From the NCBI GenBank assembly GCA_001949185.1, contig BDGG01000001.1, positions 8,031,067 to 8,095,066 on the forward strand: 64,000 nucleotides of DNA, given 5' to 3'. Both the position numbers and the translations under genes were made by a program. Source of the stretch: Ramazzottius varieornatus. Its lineage: Eukaryota; Animalia; Tardigrada. Positions 48,070-60,294 of the stretch are shown here, in pieces; the first letter of the stretch is position 1; every line of letters starts with the position of its first letter. The notes under the pieces were generated by a model that worked only from the letters and a program-made list of their open reading frames with translations, did no database searches and was not told where the DNA came from.

Positions 48070-49128
48070 ATGACTCCACTTGAGATCGCTGACTGGTGTA
48101 CTGCTGTTGGAAGCTTCTTCAAATATGTCCAGACGAAAGTCTTGATGAAGGAATCTGCCAAAGTAAAGGAAGATGTCATCCTGCTGTCCACTGGATTACT
48201 CAAAGTACAGGGATCGATCGTAAAGATGCTCGTGGAGAAGATTGATCAGTTACCAACCAAGATAGAAGATGGGATTCGTGATGCAACAAAGCAAGCTGCC
48301 AAAGACGTACAGTCATCTTACCAAACAACCGCTGCTAAACAGACGTTTGCCGATATGGTAAAGCGAAACCCCAATGTCCTGATTCTGAAGCCTGTCGACG
48401 GGGAAGAAAATAACGGACACCGGAAGTCTAACCGTGAGCTCACTGAGCTAGGTAGCAAAGTAAAGGAAGCCCTGGGGCCCGGAAGTAATCAAGTCAAGCT
48501 AGGTGGAATCAGATCTACTGCGAACAACGGAGCCGTTTATGAATTCGCCACTAAAGAAGATCGCGATAAAGCTAAAATAGCCCTCGAGAACTGCACTCCT
48601 GCGACGAAATACTCGGTGAGTCTTCCTAGAAAACCTCAAGTAGTGAACAAATTTGACCCGCAGGATGTAACGGAAGAAGAGATACTGGGCGCTGTTGCTG
48701 ACTGTCCTGGAGTGGAAGCAGTTGACTGCGCTGTGGTGAAGAAGATGGGCAGAGACGACCAGGTCACGCGACCGTACCTACTAGAAGTATCAGAACAGAA
48801 TAAGCTGGCCTTGTTGACAAGGGGATATGTCCTAGTCAACGGATTCATCAAATGCAGGATTGAGGAAAACTCGATCCAGTGTTTTGCTTGCTTCGCTTTT
48901 GGCCACATTGCTGCCAACTGTAAGCAACATCGATGCGGAAAATGTGCTTCGAACGACCACAAAACTCGTGACAGTTCCAGCCTAGATGTGAAATGCTGCA
49001 AATGCGTCGAGAAGAAGGTCGATATGCAGAATGTCCCTAAACATGGCGCGTTCCAGATTCGGCTATGTCCGGTGGCTAAGGCGGTCTCAGAGAGGCGGTT
49101 TCAACAGGTAACTATCACAAAAACTTAA
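48070..49128 (+). CDS. LINE ORF1 gag-like nucleic-acid-binding protein with zinc knuckles (352 aa)
   Basis: TFADMVK; CFACFAFGHIAANC (CCHC); CGKCASNDHKTRDS (last Cys lost); CCKC...HGA....CP. Confidence 0.85.
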   Translation: MTPLEIADWCTAVGSFFKYVQTKVLMKESAKVKEDVILLSTGLLKVQGSIVKMLVEKIDQLPTKIEDGIRDATKQAAKDVQSSYQTTAAKQTFADMVKRNPNVLILKPVDGEENNGHRKSNRELTELGSKVKEALGPGSNQVKLGGIRSTANNGAVYEFATKEDRDKAKIALENCTPATKYSVSLPRKPQVVNKFDPQDVTEEEILGAVADCPGVEAVDCAVVKKMGRDDQVTRPYLLEVSEQNKLALLTRGYVLVNGFIKCRIEENSIQCFACFAFGHIAANCKQHRCGKCASNDHKTRDSSSLDVKCCKCVEKKVDMQNVPKHGAFQIRLCPVAKAVSERRFQQVTITKT

Positions 49129-49147
49129 CGAGGGTGCAAGCGGCTCT

Positions 49148-52020
49148 TTGAGTCAGCGAGCGCCCAATTTCCCCAATGTAAAATCAAACGTCAAGTTACA
49201 TACCCTGTTGTTTCGCCACTGCAATGTCAGAAGTTTGAAGTCCAAGAGTGCGCAGGTTAAGTCGTGGTGCACCGCTGCCGATATCTGTATTATTGATATA
49301 ACTGAAACGTGGGATGACGGCTGCATAGCCGACAACGTCTTTGCTGATTTACGGTGTTTTAATGTTTTCAGAAAACCACTTTTAGATGGGTATGGAGGTG
49401 TGGCGATGGTTGTCAGGAAGATGGGGTTGTGTACTTGAGACAGAGCTGATCTTGAGTGCAGTGAGATAGAATTATTAGTTATTGAGCTTCCCACAGCAAA
49501 GGTGATTGAAGGTGCATTCTGTGCGCCACCAAATAAGGTAGTGGAAGATGTGTCACGATTGAGCGACCACGTCCGAAAATTTCCACAAGAAATAATTGAT
49601 AAGCTGATACTCATCGGCGACTTCAACACTCCGAATGTCGATTGGGGTAAATGTCTGGCAGATACACAGAATGGGCGGGTCTTGTTAGAACTTTGCAGAG
49701 AAATGTCGTTTAGGCAACTGATAGATTTTCCGACTCGAAACAATAATGTTCTTGATCTGATTTTCACCCCTAGAACTTCTCTAGTTACAGATGTAACCTC
49801 AGTATGTCCGCCTTCCGCCAAGTGTGATCATGATGCTCAACAGTTCAAACTTCATCTTCGCAAACAGAGAGTGCAACCAGTCATGAAGTGACGATGGAAG
49901 TTCGTCAATGGATCTCAAGCAGCCTTCGTCGAGGCAGTACGAGTCGCCCACCTACAAGACCAGTTCGATATCATGACGTTACGCTGTGCAGCTGAAGTCC
50001 TGGATGACGCTCTGGTAGAGATAGCTTCTTCTTATCACCGGTACATCACGCGCGAAGAAAAACGCAACCACCAGACATGTCGAAAAGAAATTGTGAAGTT
50101 AAAACAAGTGAGAGACGCCGCGTTTAAAAGATTCAATCGCTGCAAGGTTCAGCCGCTGCAAGATGCATTACGGTGAGCGCGGGGAGATCACTCGAAGAAA
50201 CTCGAAGCAGCTATTGAGAAGGTCGAAACAAGGAACTTGCTCGACATCGCAACTGCCTCCCGTCGGGACAGTAAGAAGTTCTGGAACTACGTCCGCACAA
50301 GCGTCGACAAGAAGCCACTGCAACCCATCAGCGATCCCAACGGTATACTTCACTACGACGACACCAAGCGAGCGGAACTTCTAAACTCCGCTTTCGTGTG
50401 CGGCATGCTGCCTTGCACTGAACACTGTATCCATCAGCTGGCGACCCTCTTACTGGAAGAGCCAGATCCGCAGTGGAAACTGATTAGTGAAGATGAGGTG
50501 CGAGAAGCGCTTAACTGTATGGACTCAAAGAAGGACTCAAAGAAGTGTTGCAGCGCTGGGTATTTCCCTGATCTCTGGAAAACCCAATATGTCACTGCTG
50601 TTCCGAAAAGCTCGAAGGACCCAACCTCGGTTTCTTCGTGGAGACCCATCTCCATCTTACACCCAATATCCAAGTGTTTTGAAAAGGTAATCGGTAAACG
50701 ACTCCGTAATTTCCTGGAAGGCAGGAATGCATTTGGGAGTAATCAGTTCGGTTTTCGTGAGGGTCACTCAACGGAGCTCGCTAGTCTACTGATAACCCAG
50801 TTCTGGGCAGACGTAAATCACAGCAAGGTTGAGATCGATGCAGTGTTTTTGGACTGCACGAAAGCGTTTGATCGGGTCGATCCTAAAGTGATGTTACAGA
50901 AGTTAGAGATGTTTGGAGTCCCAACTCAGTGCAGAAGATTGGTAGAGAGCTATCTGTCGAACCGACGACAGGTGGTTACTGTGAACGGTAAGTCATCGGA
51001 CGTCTTGCCCGTAACAAGTGGAGTCCCTCAGGGATCTGTTCTTGGTCCGATCTTATTTATTGCTCTGATGTCTGATACAAATACTGCTGTATCGCCTGGT
51101 ACTTGTCTCAGTCTTTTCGCAGATGATATTTTAGTTTCCCGTCCACAAGAGACCGCCAGTGATCATTCCATTTTCCAACCGGATCTAGACAATATCGCCG
51201 CCTAGACAATACCAGGCGATAAAGAAGTATTTATATCAGACATCAGAGCAATAAATAAGATCAGACCAAGAACAGATCCTTGAGGGACTCCAACTTGGAA
51301 GGAACTGTCATACCTAGTGCGCTCACCGCCAAGTACCTGGGTATCCACATCGACAGCAGACTAACCTGGACGGCTCACTGGTCTGCCAAATGCGCGTCAG
51401 TCCGTAACCGAATCCGAAATCTAAATTCCTTGCTCAAGTACAGGAACTCGGCAGCACGCATCAGGCTGTTTGATGCACAAGTGCAATCTTTACTTGACTA
51501 TTGTCCATCGGTTGTGTGGTCGTCGCTGGTAGGTACCCTCAGAGAAACTGAAAAGTGCGCTGGTAAGTTTCTCCGCACAGCTCGGCTTGGTGATAGCCCT
51601 AGCTGGTCTGATCACGAACGGTATCACTTTAATGCCTTGGAAGTTGGACGGAATAGCCGATTGATTCGGCGGATAAAACTGTCACTATCTCTTGCTTACA
51701 AGCTTATTGTTGGTACGGTGCCGTTGGGTTCTTGTGTTTTCCAGCCCTTAGAAATTCCAGAGGGTTTTTGTCCCTCGTACTCAACACGAAGTCTGAACAG
51801 AATACGCACGCATCTCTGTCCCGTTCAGCCCACTGGCTCCTTCCTGAATCGTCGAAAGTTACTCACCAGTCCTGACTTCTTCGTCGGGATAATGTGTAGC
51901 TTGTGAAACTCGCTGGACTTTCCAGCTGCTGCCTATGAAACTAAGTGGAAATTTGAACTAGCTCTCGTGTCTGTTGACTGGAAGTCTTTTCCTTTGCTAA
52001 ACCGACTTTTTCCTTGTGAC
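49148..52020 (+). pseudogene. LINE ORF2 (APE endonuclease + reverse transcriptase), broken by stops, frameshifts and deletions
   Basis: NVRSL, ITETW, GGVAM, GDFN, PTRNNNVLDLIFT, DH; WRPISIL, QFGFREGHST, DCTKAFD, GVPQGSVLGPILF, FADD, KYLGI. Confidence 0.95.
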
Positions 52021-55000
52021 TTATCGTTCTGATCTCTTTCCGTTGATTATTGTAAGCAAATGGTGGTCCAGACAAACATTTAGGGAATAGAGGTATACGG
52101 AGCCCTCCTGCGACAGCCACTCTAATGTTGGCCTAGCAAGGTCGATTGCAAACGGAACCATGGACCGGAGTAAACTCCTTAGTGAGTGGATCCGGTAGCC
52201 TGCAGTCTCCGAAGCCCTGTTGGCTTGAGCTCGGACTGAGAAACCGTCCTCCGACGAAGAAAGATGGTTAAGCAGCCAAAGTGGCAAAATCAACATTTGC
52301 CAGCCCTGAAGTGCTAATTTTACAAATGGTACTCTTTTCCGACTGTATTCTACCGATATTGTGATGTCCTGTGGCCTTGATGGGACAAGTTCCCGTGCTG
52401 ATGGACTTTAAACCAATAAACCAAGAAAAACAAAAAAAACTCCCGAATCAATGAGCAAACTGGTCGTCGGGAATCTTTTACAACATTAAGAAGTGGACCG
52501 AGCACTATTCTTCCCGCTTTCCCCAAATGAGCCTAAGAACTTGGCCTCCCACTACTTGACCAGAATCCATGAGTTGTGAGAATCGTGAAGATTGTCCAGA
52601 AAAGGGAGACCAAGTTGGCTTTCACGCACTGTGGCTGAGGGAAGGCCAGGCGCTCTGCCTTTTGTACGTACTTCCCGCAGCATGCGAAAACATACTGACG
52701 TTAAACCTCAACCCTCACGAAAGAAAAGTGCGTGCTTGCGCGGTGACGCACTGTTAACAAAAATCAGTTCCAGATGAGCAGCATTAACGACACTGTGTTA
52801 TGTGATCAAAATCGTTTACTGTAAAATGAAGGTACATCATGGTCGAGACAAGCGATTTGCAAGATTTGCCATTTTGCTGGTGTTTTTCATCGCAATTTTT
52901 TTCACGTTTTATCCAAAGAGCTGCGTGTTTGTTGTGACCCGACAGAATGGGTCGACATAGGACGTGCACCAGTCATGTGACTTGATTTCGCTATCGGGCT
53001 TATTTCTGAAGTACTGTCGAATCCAGGTACAAATGCAGTGAGAAAACTTGATGGTTTTCCGTTCTGATTACCACGTTGTTGTTTCGAATCCGACCAAGAC
53101 GCCGTATCTGCTGAACGATTGAAAAACGATCGGTTCTTGAGATCACCCGAAAGGTTTGCGTTTCGTTCTTTTCTATGATAAGAGAGACTCTTCGGCGATA
53201 TTTACCGTGCCGAAACCCAACGGAACATCGCTCTTCAAATTCAGAGAAATGGGGAAAGAAAACGCGCCATTTAGGTTTGTCGCGGATAAGACAGGATGAA
53301 GAGTTGTATCCGCTTTTTGTCGACGGATAAATTCTTATCCGTGGATAGAAAGCGGCTAACAATAGATAAGAACGAATAAGAACCACACCGCTTTATTACT
53401 GGTTGACTGATTGTACCAAGCCATCAGTTTTAATTAGCTGATCGGCTGCCCTCTATGTAATGGTTCAATTAAGGGTACGCTCCGGTGGTGCTAATCGGCT
53501 CTTATCCATAATCATCCAACTTAACCTTTCTCTAGTTCGCGAATCAAAAGGTGAATGAAACTTTTCAACGTATCTTATCCGTGACTAACCCGCCGTCATT
53601 GCGGCAGTTATGACATCGTGCTTCAGAGTAACGGGTGTATGTCTTTCTGACCGCGCGATCTGACCCTAGATGGTACTACCGATAACAGACCTGTTCTGAA
53701 ACTGTCTTGGATGTTTCGGTCTAACGACACAAATGTCAAGAGTTTTTGCCGAACTTTCATGGTTGGTTGCCTTGTGAGACCTACACGTTTTTCAGAAAAA
53801 GAGAAGATGTTTGTTTCGTTAATCCGGAAAAGTAGTTCCAGAACCCTATTGTTATCGACAGTCTATGCAACCCCATCCAACGAGAAGCTAGCGTGAACAG
53901 ACAAAGGGCATCCAGGCTCATGCAGCACGAGGGGAAGGTTACTGAGTTGGTCGTCCCATGTTTCGGTCGTTGAGTCCACCAAGGGCACATGACACGCGTC
54001 TTATAAGAATAGTATGGCTCTTATGGCCTAACCGAAATCAATCGAACGCGAAGTCGACCGGGTGCTTCGGAATCTGCCTGCGGTTTTAGGGACGTTTTCT
54101 GTATTTTCCGTGTGCGGCCTTTATCCCTGAAGAAGTCAAATAAATAGCTTTATTCAGACGAAGACAACTATAAAAACAGGAGATCGAATTAAAAACAACA
54201 AATCATAATGACACGGTTTCTCGCTTCTCAAGGTTTGAAACATAAACTACTTCTTCGGGTACTTCGTCTCCTTTGCTGTACATGAAACACAAAAAGGATT
54301 ACCGCGTTGCATTCGAGAGACAACCGTCGTTTGAAATACTGAGTAGATCTACTTTCAAAAAAGGTCAACAAGCTTTTCCCCGATTGCGTTGATCAGGTCA
54401 GTCGCAACTGGTCCTCAGGATCCGCATGTGACAAACCCCAACGGAACGAAAAGTTGCCGCGAGGCGATTTTCCTGGTACTTCATAATCTTTCTCTCCTCC
54501 GCGTCTTGGGCAGCGGCTCCGATTTTCTCACTTAACTCGCAGACGTAAGGCTTCGTCAATTTGTCAACCACGGTGAAATCCCAGACTAATTCCTTTCCAT
54601 TCTGTCAAGGTACCATAGTCTTACCGTCAGGTCTGAGTCCATCATCTCGCGAAAGTCCCAATGGTTCAAGGATTGCGGGAAATTGTGCTGAAACAAGGGC
54701 GGGCTGCACAGGTTCATTCAAGCAGACATGTCTGCTTTGACATCCGTACTCTTGAAGCTCGGAGAAAGGCGAAGCAAGAAACGCATGACAACACTTAAAC
54801 AGGCTGTCCCTTCCTCAGATTTAAAACGTAGCAACTCTCAGCAAGACCGTTGTTATCCTGAGATGGGTTGATCACAATGAGAATTTCCCGCTGGATTTCT
54901 TAAAGAAAGTAAAAGATTTAGATTTTCTTGTCGTTTCTGCCATCTCTCTTCCGACAGGCTTAAACAGCTTTGTTGCCCTGATTCTCCGTAGTGCGAGGGT

Positions 55001-55609
55001 CTCCCGATGAACCGGGCAGAACTCCGAATGGCTTTTGATGTCTTGGTAGTTGGTACAGTGCGGCGAAGCACACCTGTCCCAAGTTTTTGCCCTAAAAAAT
55101 TGGTCGTCTTTTGGAGGGAATTCTGCGAACAAGCACAATTTTTCAGAGAGAATCCTAACGTTCTTCTATCAGAAGCTAGCCGGATATCCCTTGTCTGTCA
55201 AAAAACATCCGGGTTTTCGAACCAAAATTTCCACGCAAGAACTGGCGCACGATCTGTTTTCGTCATTTCGCAAAACGGGTTTTGAACCTAGAAAGCAGAT
55301 CTTTCGCAGTTAGACCAAGCCGCTGATGCCGAAAGTTCTGAAAGCTAAGGCAGCGTCGGAAGACCACAGTACGGCCGGGATCTTCAGCCGGAATTTAAGT
55401 ATGATTTGAAACTTTTCAAAAAGTTGCGCTTTGCCTCGATCACCACCGCATATAGATTGACTATCCCTCGAGAGAAAACATAGACCGAATTTTGTAGTAT
55501 CATCGAACTGGTCGACAGATTGTAAAACAGCCGAACATATGCGGGCTGCGAACTCGTTAGATTTTGAGCACTGGTTGGCTACTGAACTGCGAAATTTTTC
55601 TCATTGCAG

Positions 55610-56638
55610 GACAGCTTTTTCTACTCACAGTATTATCTCTCCATGGACTGCGCTAATCTATCTAGCGAAAACAGTTTGGCAGTGTACCTCTCAAAGTTGA
55701 GACGATCTAACGACAGGAAAGTACGCGAATCAAGGAACTACTGGATCGGAAAAAGTTCTCTTTTAAGAACAAACGCAGTGATTAATGGTTCGGTGGCTAC
55801 AACTCACTGGTGCGGAAGACTCGGGAACACGATGTTCCAGATTGCATCGATAATTGGGATTGCAAAACGCAACAGTTTGATTCCAGTTGTTGACGGGGCA
55901 AACGGGCACAAATTTTTTGGAGGCCTTCGTTTTGCAAACACGACTACCGGCATTAACATTAGCGTAACTGCGAAGAGGTGCATTATCAGAGAGCCGGGAG
56001 TTGGAATTTACGTTAAAGAGACAGAAAATTTGGCGGGGCCCTGTAAGGGATACGAGGCCGTTGGTGTTTCTGGCTGTCTGCAGTCGTGGAAATATTTTCA
56101 AAATGTAGATCACGATGTGCGGCGTATGTTGACTTTCAAAATCAGCGTTTATCGAACCGCAGAACTACGAATTTTCGAGGGGATGCGCTCACTCTGGAAA
56201 GATCCCAGGAACAGAAACGTGGTGGAGACGGTAGGTGTACATGTGCGAAGGTCAGATTTCACTCACCCAGGCTGGATCGAAATAGGTGCAGTTTCTGCAA
56301 CAGACGGCTACTTTGTGCGAACCATCGCCGAGTTGGAACTCAACGCCACGGCAGTAATGTTTGTTGTGGGGGATGACTATGAGTACTGCAAACGTCTTTT
56401 TACCGGATATAATATGTTCATTCTGGACACCAGTCCTATTCCCGAAGTAGACATGGCGTTACTGCACATGATGGACAGACTCATCATATCGTCTGGAACG
56501 TTTGGATGGTGGAGTGCGTATCTTGGCTCCGCCAAAGAAGTTTATTACTACAAGAACTGGCCAAGAGCCGGCAGCCGACTGCAGAATGAGCTCCGACACG
56601 AAGACTACTTTTTGCCCCAGTGGAATGGTCGAGCATAG
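55610..56638 (+). CDS. GT11 galactoside alpha-1,2-fucosyltransferase-like protein (large catalytic exon; the 5' exon with the anchor was not located)
   Basis: GRLGNTMFQ, QSWKYF, VGVHVRRSDF, VVGDD, DMALL, GTFGWWSAYL, DYFLPQW; preceded by the acceptor TTTTTCTCATTGCAG. Confidence 0.92.
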   Translation, partial: DSFFYSQYYLSMDCANLSSENSLAVYLSKLRRSNDRKVRESRNYWIGKSSLLRTNAVINGSVATTHWCGRLGNTMFQIASIIGIAKRNSLIPVVDGANGHKFFGGLRFANTTTGINISVTAKRCIIREPGVGIYVKETENLAGPCKGYEAVGVSGCLQSWKYFQNVDHDVRRMLTFKISVYRTAELRIFEGMRSLWKDPRNRNVVETVGVHVRRSDFTHPGWIEIGAVSATDGYFVRTIAELELNATAVMFVVGDDYEYCKRLFTGYNMFILDTSPIPEVDMALLHMMDRLIISSGTFGWWSAYLGSAKEVYYYKNWPRAGSRLQNELRHEDYFLPQWNGRA

Positions 56639-58039
56639 ATCTGATTTACAGCACGAATCACCTAACAGTTTCTCTACAAGCTACTATCGGCTTCGCATAG
56701 AATTTCATGCTGACCCCGATAAATATGATGGGGACGCACCGATCTGGTGACTCAAACAGAAAAACACGTATACCCTTGTCAAAATCAACAGACGTGTCAA
56801 AAGTTGATTCAGGCACAAGAGCTGTTCCTCTCCGACAGCCAGTGGCTAATCACAGATTATGTCTTCATGCTATCAGCTGACAGACGGAAACCGTAGTCTT
56901 CCGACCTAGACCCTGTTCAGTCCTGTTTATCTTAGGTGGAGCATCTTATTTCCAAGCAGAATCAATGTCGGGCACCTAAGGAAACCCAAGCTGTTTGCAG
57001 GCAACCTGACTTCTCTAAAGCCTGTCCCGGGAGTGAAGTGATCATGAGCAAAACCTGCAAATGGCTGAACGGCAATGTTTCGAATCGTTCGATCGTTTTG
57101 AGCTTAATGAAATCCAGTCATACATTTCGATGTACCAGCATCGTAATACGCGCAGCGCTAGCGAGAAGATCGGCGCGTTTAGCAAAAGATCAGCATTTCT
57201 GAGAGACGCTGAGGCGGAAGTTGACTGTTCGACGTCGACCATACCTGCTGGCAGACCGTTGTTGTCTGTTTCGGAACCCACCAGTAGTACTGGTGGGTTC
57301 CGACTGGCACGAGCTCGGTGAAGGTGAATTGCTCGGTTGTGGCCCGCCAGACGTAGCTAGAAAACTGGAAGTGCAGGTTTACTGACCGACTGCCATACAT
57401 CGCTTCGCCCAGTGGCGCTACATCGAGCCGAAATCCGAATACAGAGGCAGCGATCTTTAGGTCGAAGCAACCAAGCCGGGCAAGGAAGCCAAATGAAAAA
57501 AGGTTGCGACACCAGCCTGAAAGAAGCAGAATGTCCGATCTACTACCTCTACGAAAAAAAGGAGGGCTCCTACCAAAACAAGTTTTGCTAAGCGGAAGCT
57601 TTCACCCACTACTCCGGCTCCTGCACGCAGCCAGCAAGTTTCGAGCGAACCAGCCGGTCCGATGTGGGTCAAAGGAGAGGTGAGGTGCGCGAGCCCAGTT
57701 ACTTCAACCACTCGAATCACTCCACATGCGATTTCCCATCCGAAACTAAACAATATGAGTCCTCTAAGTGGTTTTGTTGCTTCTCGATCCAGAAGTGACG
57801 ACCCTCTTCTTGACGGAGACCATGTGCTAAGCTCATGACGCGAATGACAAACTGACAGAAACCGTGAAGAGCTATTCTGGGAAATCTGAATATTCATCGG
57901 ATGTGATCCTTAGTTACATATGGCTTTCGTCGGCCCAATATGTGTACGAACTTTTTTGCTTCCAAACTGTTCGGACATCAGGTTGCTCAGAATACTCAGG
58001 AGCATTAAGTGGCAGAGCCGCCTCGCTTCGCTACGAATA

Positions 58040-58415
58040 CCATTGCGATTAGGAACGTGAGGCATAGAAAATCAATCAATCAAAACGAAGGCGCAGTTCG
58101 GGGCAGGATCGCGTTCAAGAGACTTGATGGACTTTACTGGAAAGCATTCCCTGAAATCTGAATCACCCCACCACTCACCCTGTACCTTCGACTCATCCCA
58201 ACATCTATTACAGAACGCAATGACAGAGAAAGCTATAGATATCACAGAAGAGATCACAGAAAGAATCCCGGTATCACAAAGGAACTCCTGTTACGCCTGG
58301 AACAGTTGACTGAACCGGAAACGTTAATCAAGGCTTTTGACTGCCGTTACGTCACGTCCTGCAGTCAGTTTTGGTTGATTGATTTGCCATGTCCTCACGT
58401 TCCTGATTGCAATGG
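58040..58415 (+). mobile_element. TA-flanked MITE family CCATTG...CAATGG, copy 2
   Basis: TA|CCATTGCGATTAGGAACGTGAGG...CCTCACGTTCCTGATTGCAATGG|TA; homologous to 26493-26839. Confidence 0.85.
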
Positions 58416-60294
58416 TAGAAGTTACAAAGAGCTGTCCGCCCTTCTGGGAGAATTTTCCAGTAAATTCTGGGGAAACCAGCTGGGACACTCCCACATAGGA
58501 GTTTTGCGTGCGAACAGATGCAGGAGCATCCTCACGCTGTATGACATCATTATAACGTCATAGCATTTCCGCCTGTAACTTCGAGTCTCTTCAGATTTTT
58601 CTGACTGGCCAGAGGGCCAAATGAACCCTAGTATGATGTTCCTCGGTGCCTGTTACACCAGACTGCATCAGCCGTTTGACTTTGTCCTGGGGGTCTCGAA
58701 AATTCAAACTTGTTTCTTGAACAATTTGACTCGCAATCGTTCGAGCTCAAATTGGGCTGGCGATTTATGTTACATGTACTGTATAGGTATTATCCTTTGA
58801 TTTTTGTGACGGCATTTCCGGCCAACCGTTTTTCTTCAGATTTTGTCCTTTGTTGGAGCCACTGTCGGAGAGGTGCATGACGGAACTAATTTTTTCACGC
58901 TTGCGTCGTTGATTTGTCTCCAATATTTATTTGTTTCATATTCCTGCGGAAGTTGTGGTTAATGCACGTGTTTTAACTGGGCAAAGTTTACAGACAAGAT
59001 CTTAGTATGTTTCGCGTGCAATTAGTTCATGATTGTTCATAATTAGTTGCATAATTTCAAAAAGGCTGGACCAGTGGGTGAAAGACCTTGACCTCCGCAA
59101 TCTTGATTGGCCGATTGAAATAGTTTTGAGCTCGTTTCCGTTCCAGACTTCCGAAATCAAGCTCAGTGTTGTTCTCATCATTACAATAAGGGTGGCTGCG
59201 GTACCTAGGTGCACGGTGTTTTTTTCCATGCGCACGCGCACAGCTTTCCACTCAGACCAAACAGACGATAAAACACAACAGTGTACACACGAGTGGGCTG
59301 TACGCATGGAGTCGGATATGTCAAATGCTGCATGCACAACGTCACGCGCCGTTAGAACAGTGACGTCAGATACGCGGTATTCAGCCATGTCCGGTTTGTT
59401 TACACTGCCCTGTTCAGTGTCAATAAATACAGCTACAACAGAACAAGTGCTTCCTTTCTCCTTCATTCCTCTGGACCTATGTTTGGTATTCCTAACCGAT
59501 TCATCCAAGCCAATATTGTAAGAACTTTCTGGCTCCATGGAGATTGAATCAGAAGTACAAGGCGGAAGTCAGGACCAAGCACAGATGTGAAAAAGTGTAG
59601 ACCGCGAAACACCTTAGGCATGGGTTGCCCCTCCTCCTCGCATAATACAGACTTCATCAAACTCTAAATGCGTTTTCGAACAATATCTTAGAAGGTGCAG
59701 TACGGCATGGGTGATATTTTTCAGCACAACAAGTCACGCGGACAAGATGGAGGTGGCGGAAGCTGCGGTAAATTCAAGTGAAAAGTTCTGCTGGGAATGG
59801 TAGCCCTGTTTTGACAATCAAGTTTCTACATTGATTGAAGGCCACTGCGTGGCTTGTACGAATCTCGCGCATACCGCTTGCATGACCACAAGTCTCAGCA
59901 TGTACGGACGGACACGTACTGGCGTCGGTCACTTTCTCGCCGGTGCTTTTCGTTCAATGCCTAAATCGCCCTACCACCCTAAATTCTGGTACTGTAAATA
60001 TGTTTTTCTATACCTGCTTGGCTCATGATCAAACAGTACTCCTGCCTTCCGACTTTGTTCTTTCTCACAGTGACTATGCACTGTCAGACAGAACTAAGCT
60101 GTCGATCAAACTACTGTATACAGTACACAGGACTGCGGATGAGCTTCACCGGTACGAAAACCTATTTTATTCGGAAGCGTAGGGTATGAAGGCAATATTG
60201 TCAAAACTATCGGTTGTGGAAACTGTAGGGAAGTGTTTATATACAGTCGGAGCGAAATTACGTTTTGAGATAACGTGGAATCGTATTCAGAACC

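Larger units (their letters stand above)
47880..52440 (+). mobile_element. Near full-length LINE (CR1/L2-group-like), ORF1 + APE-RT ORF2, A-rich tail
   Basis: ORF1 and ORF2 are listed separately. The 3' end reads ...AAACCAATAAACCAAGAAAAACAAAAAAAAC. The 5' boundary is approximate and no TSD was found. Confidence 0.9.

Noticed and set aside
48636-49821. Long minus-strand ORFs (121 and 222 aa)
   Set aside because: They are antisense shadows of LINE ORF1/ORF2 with no independent motifs.
55604-56638. Bacterial origin or contamination for the intron-free GT11 block
   Set aside because: It is preceded by a spliceosomal acceptor and embedded among eukaryotic TEs. A single-exon catalytic domain is normal for animal GT11 genes.
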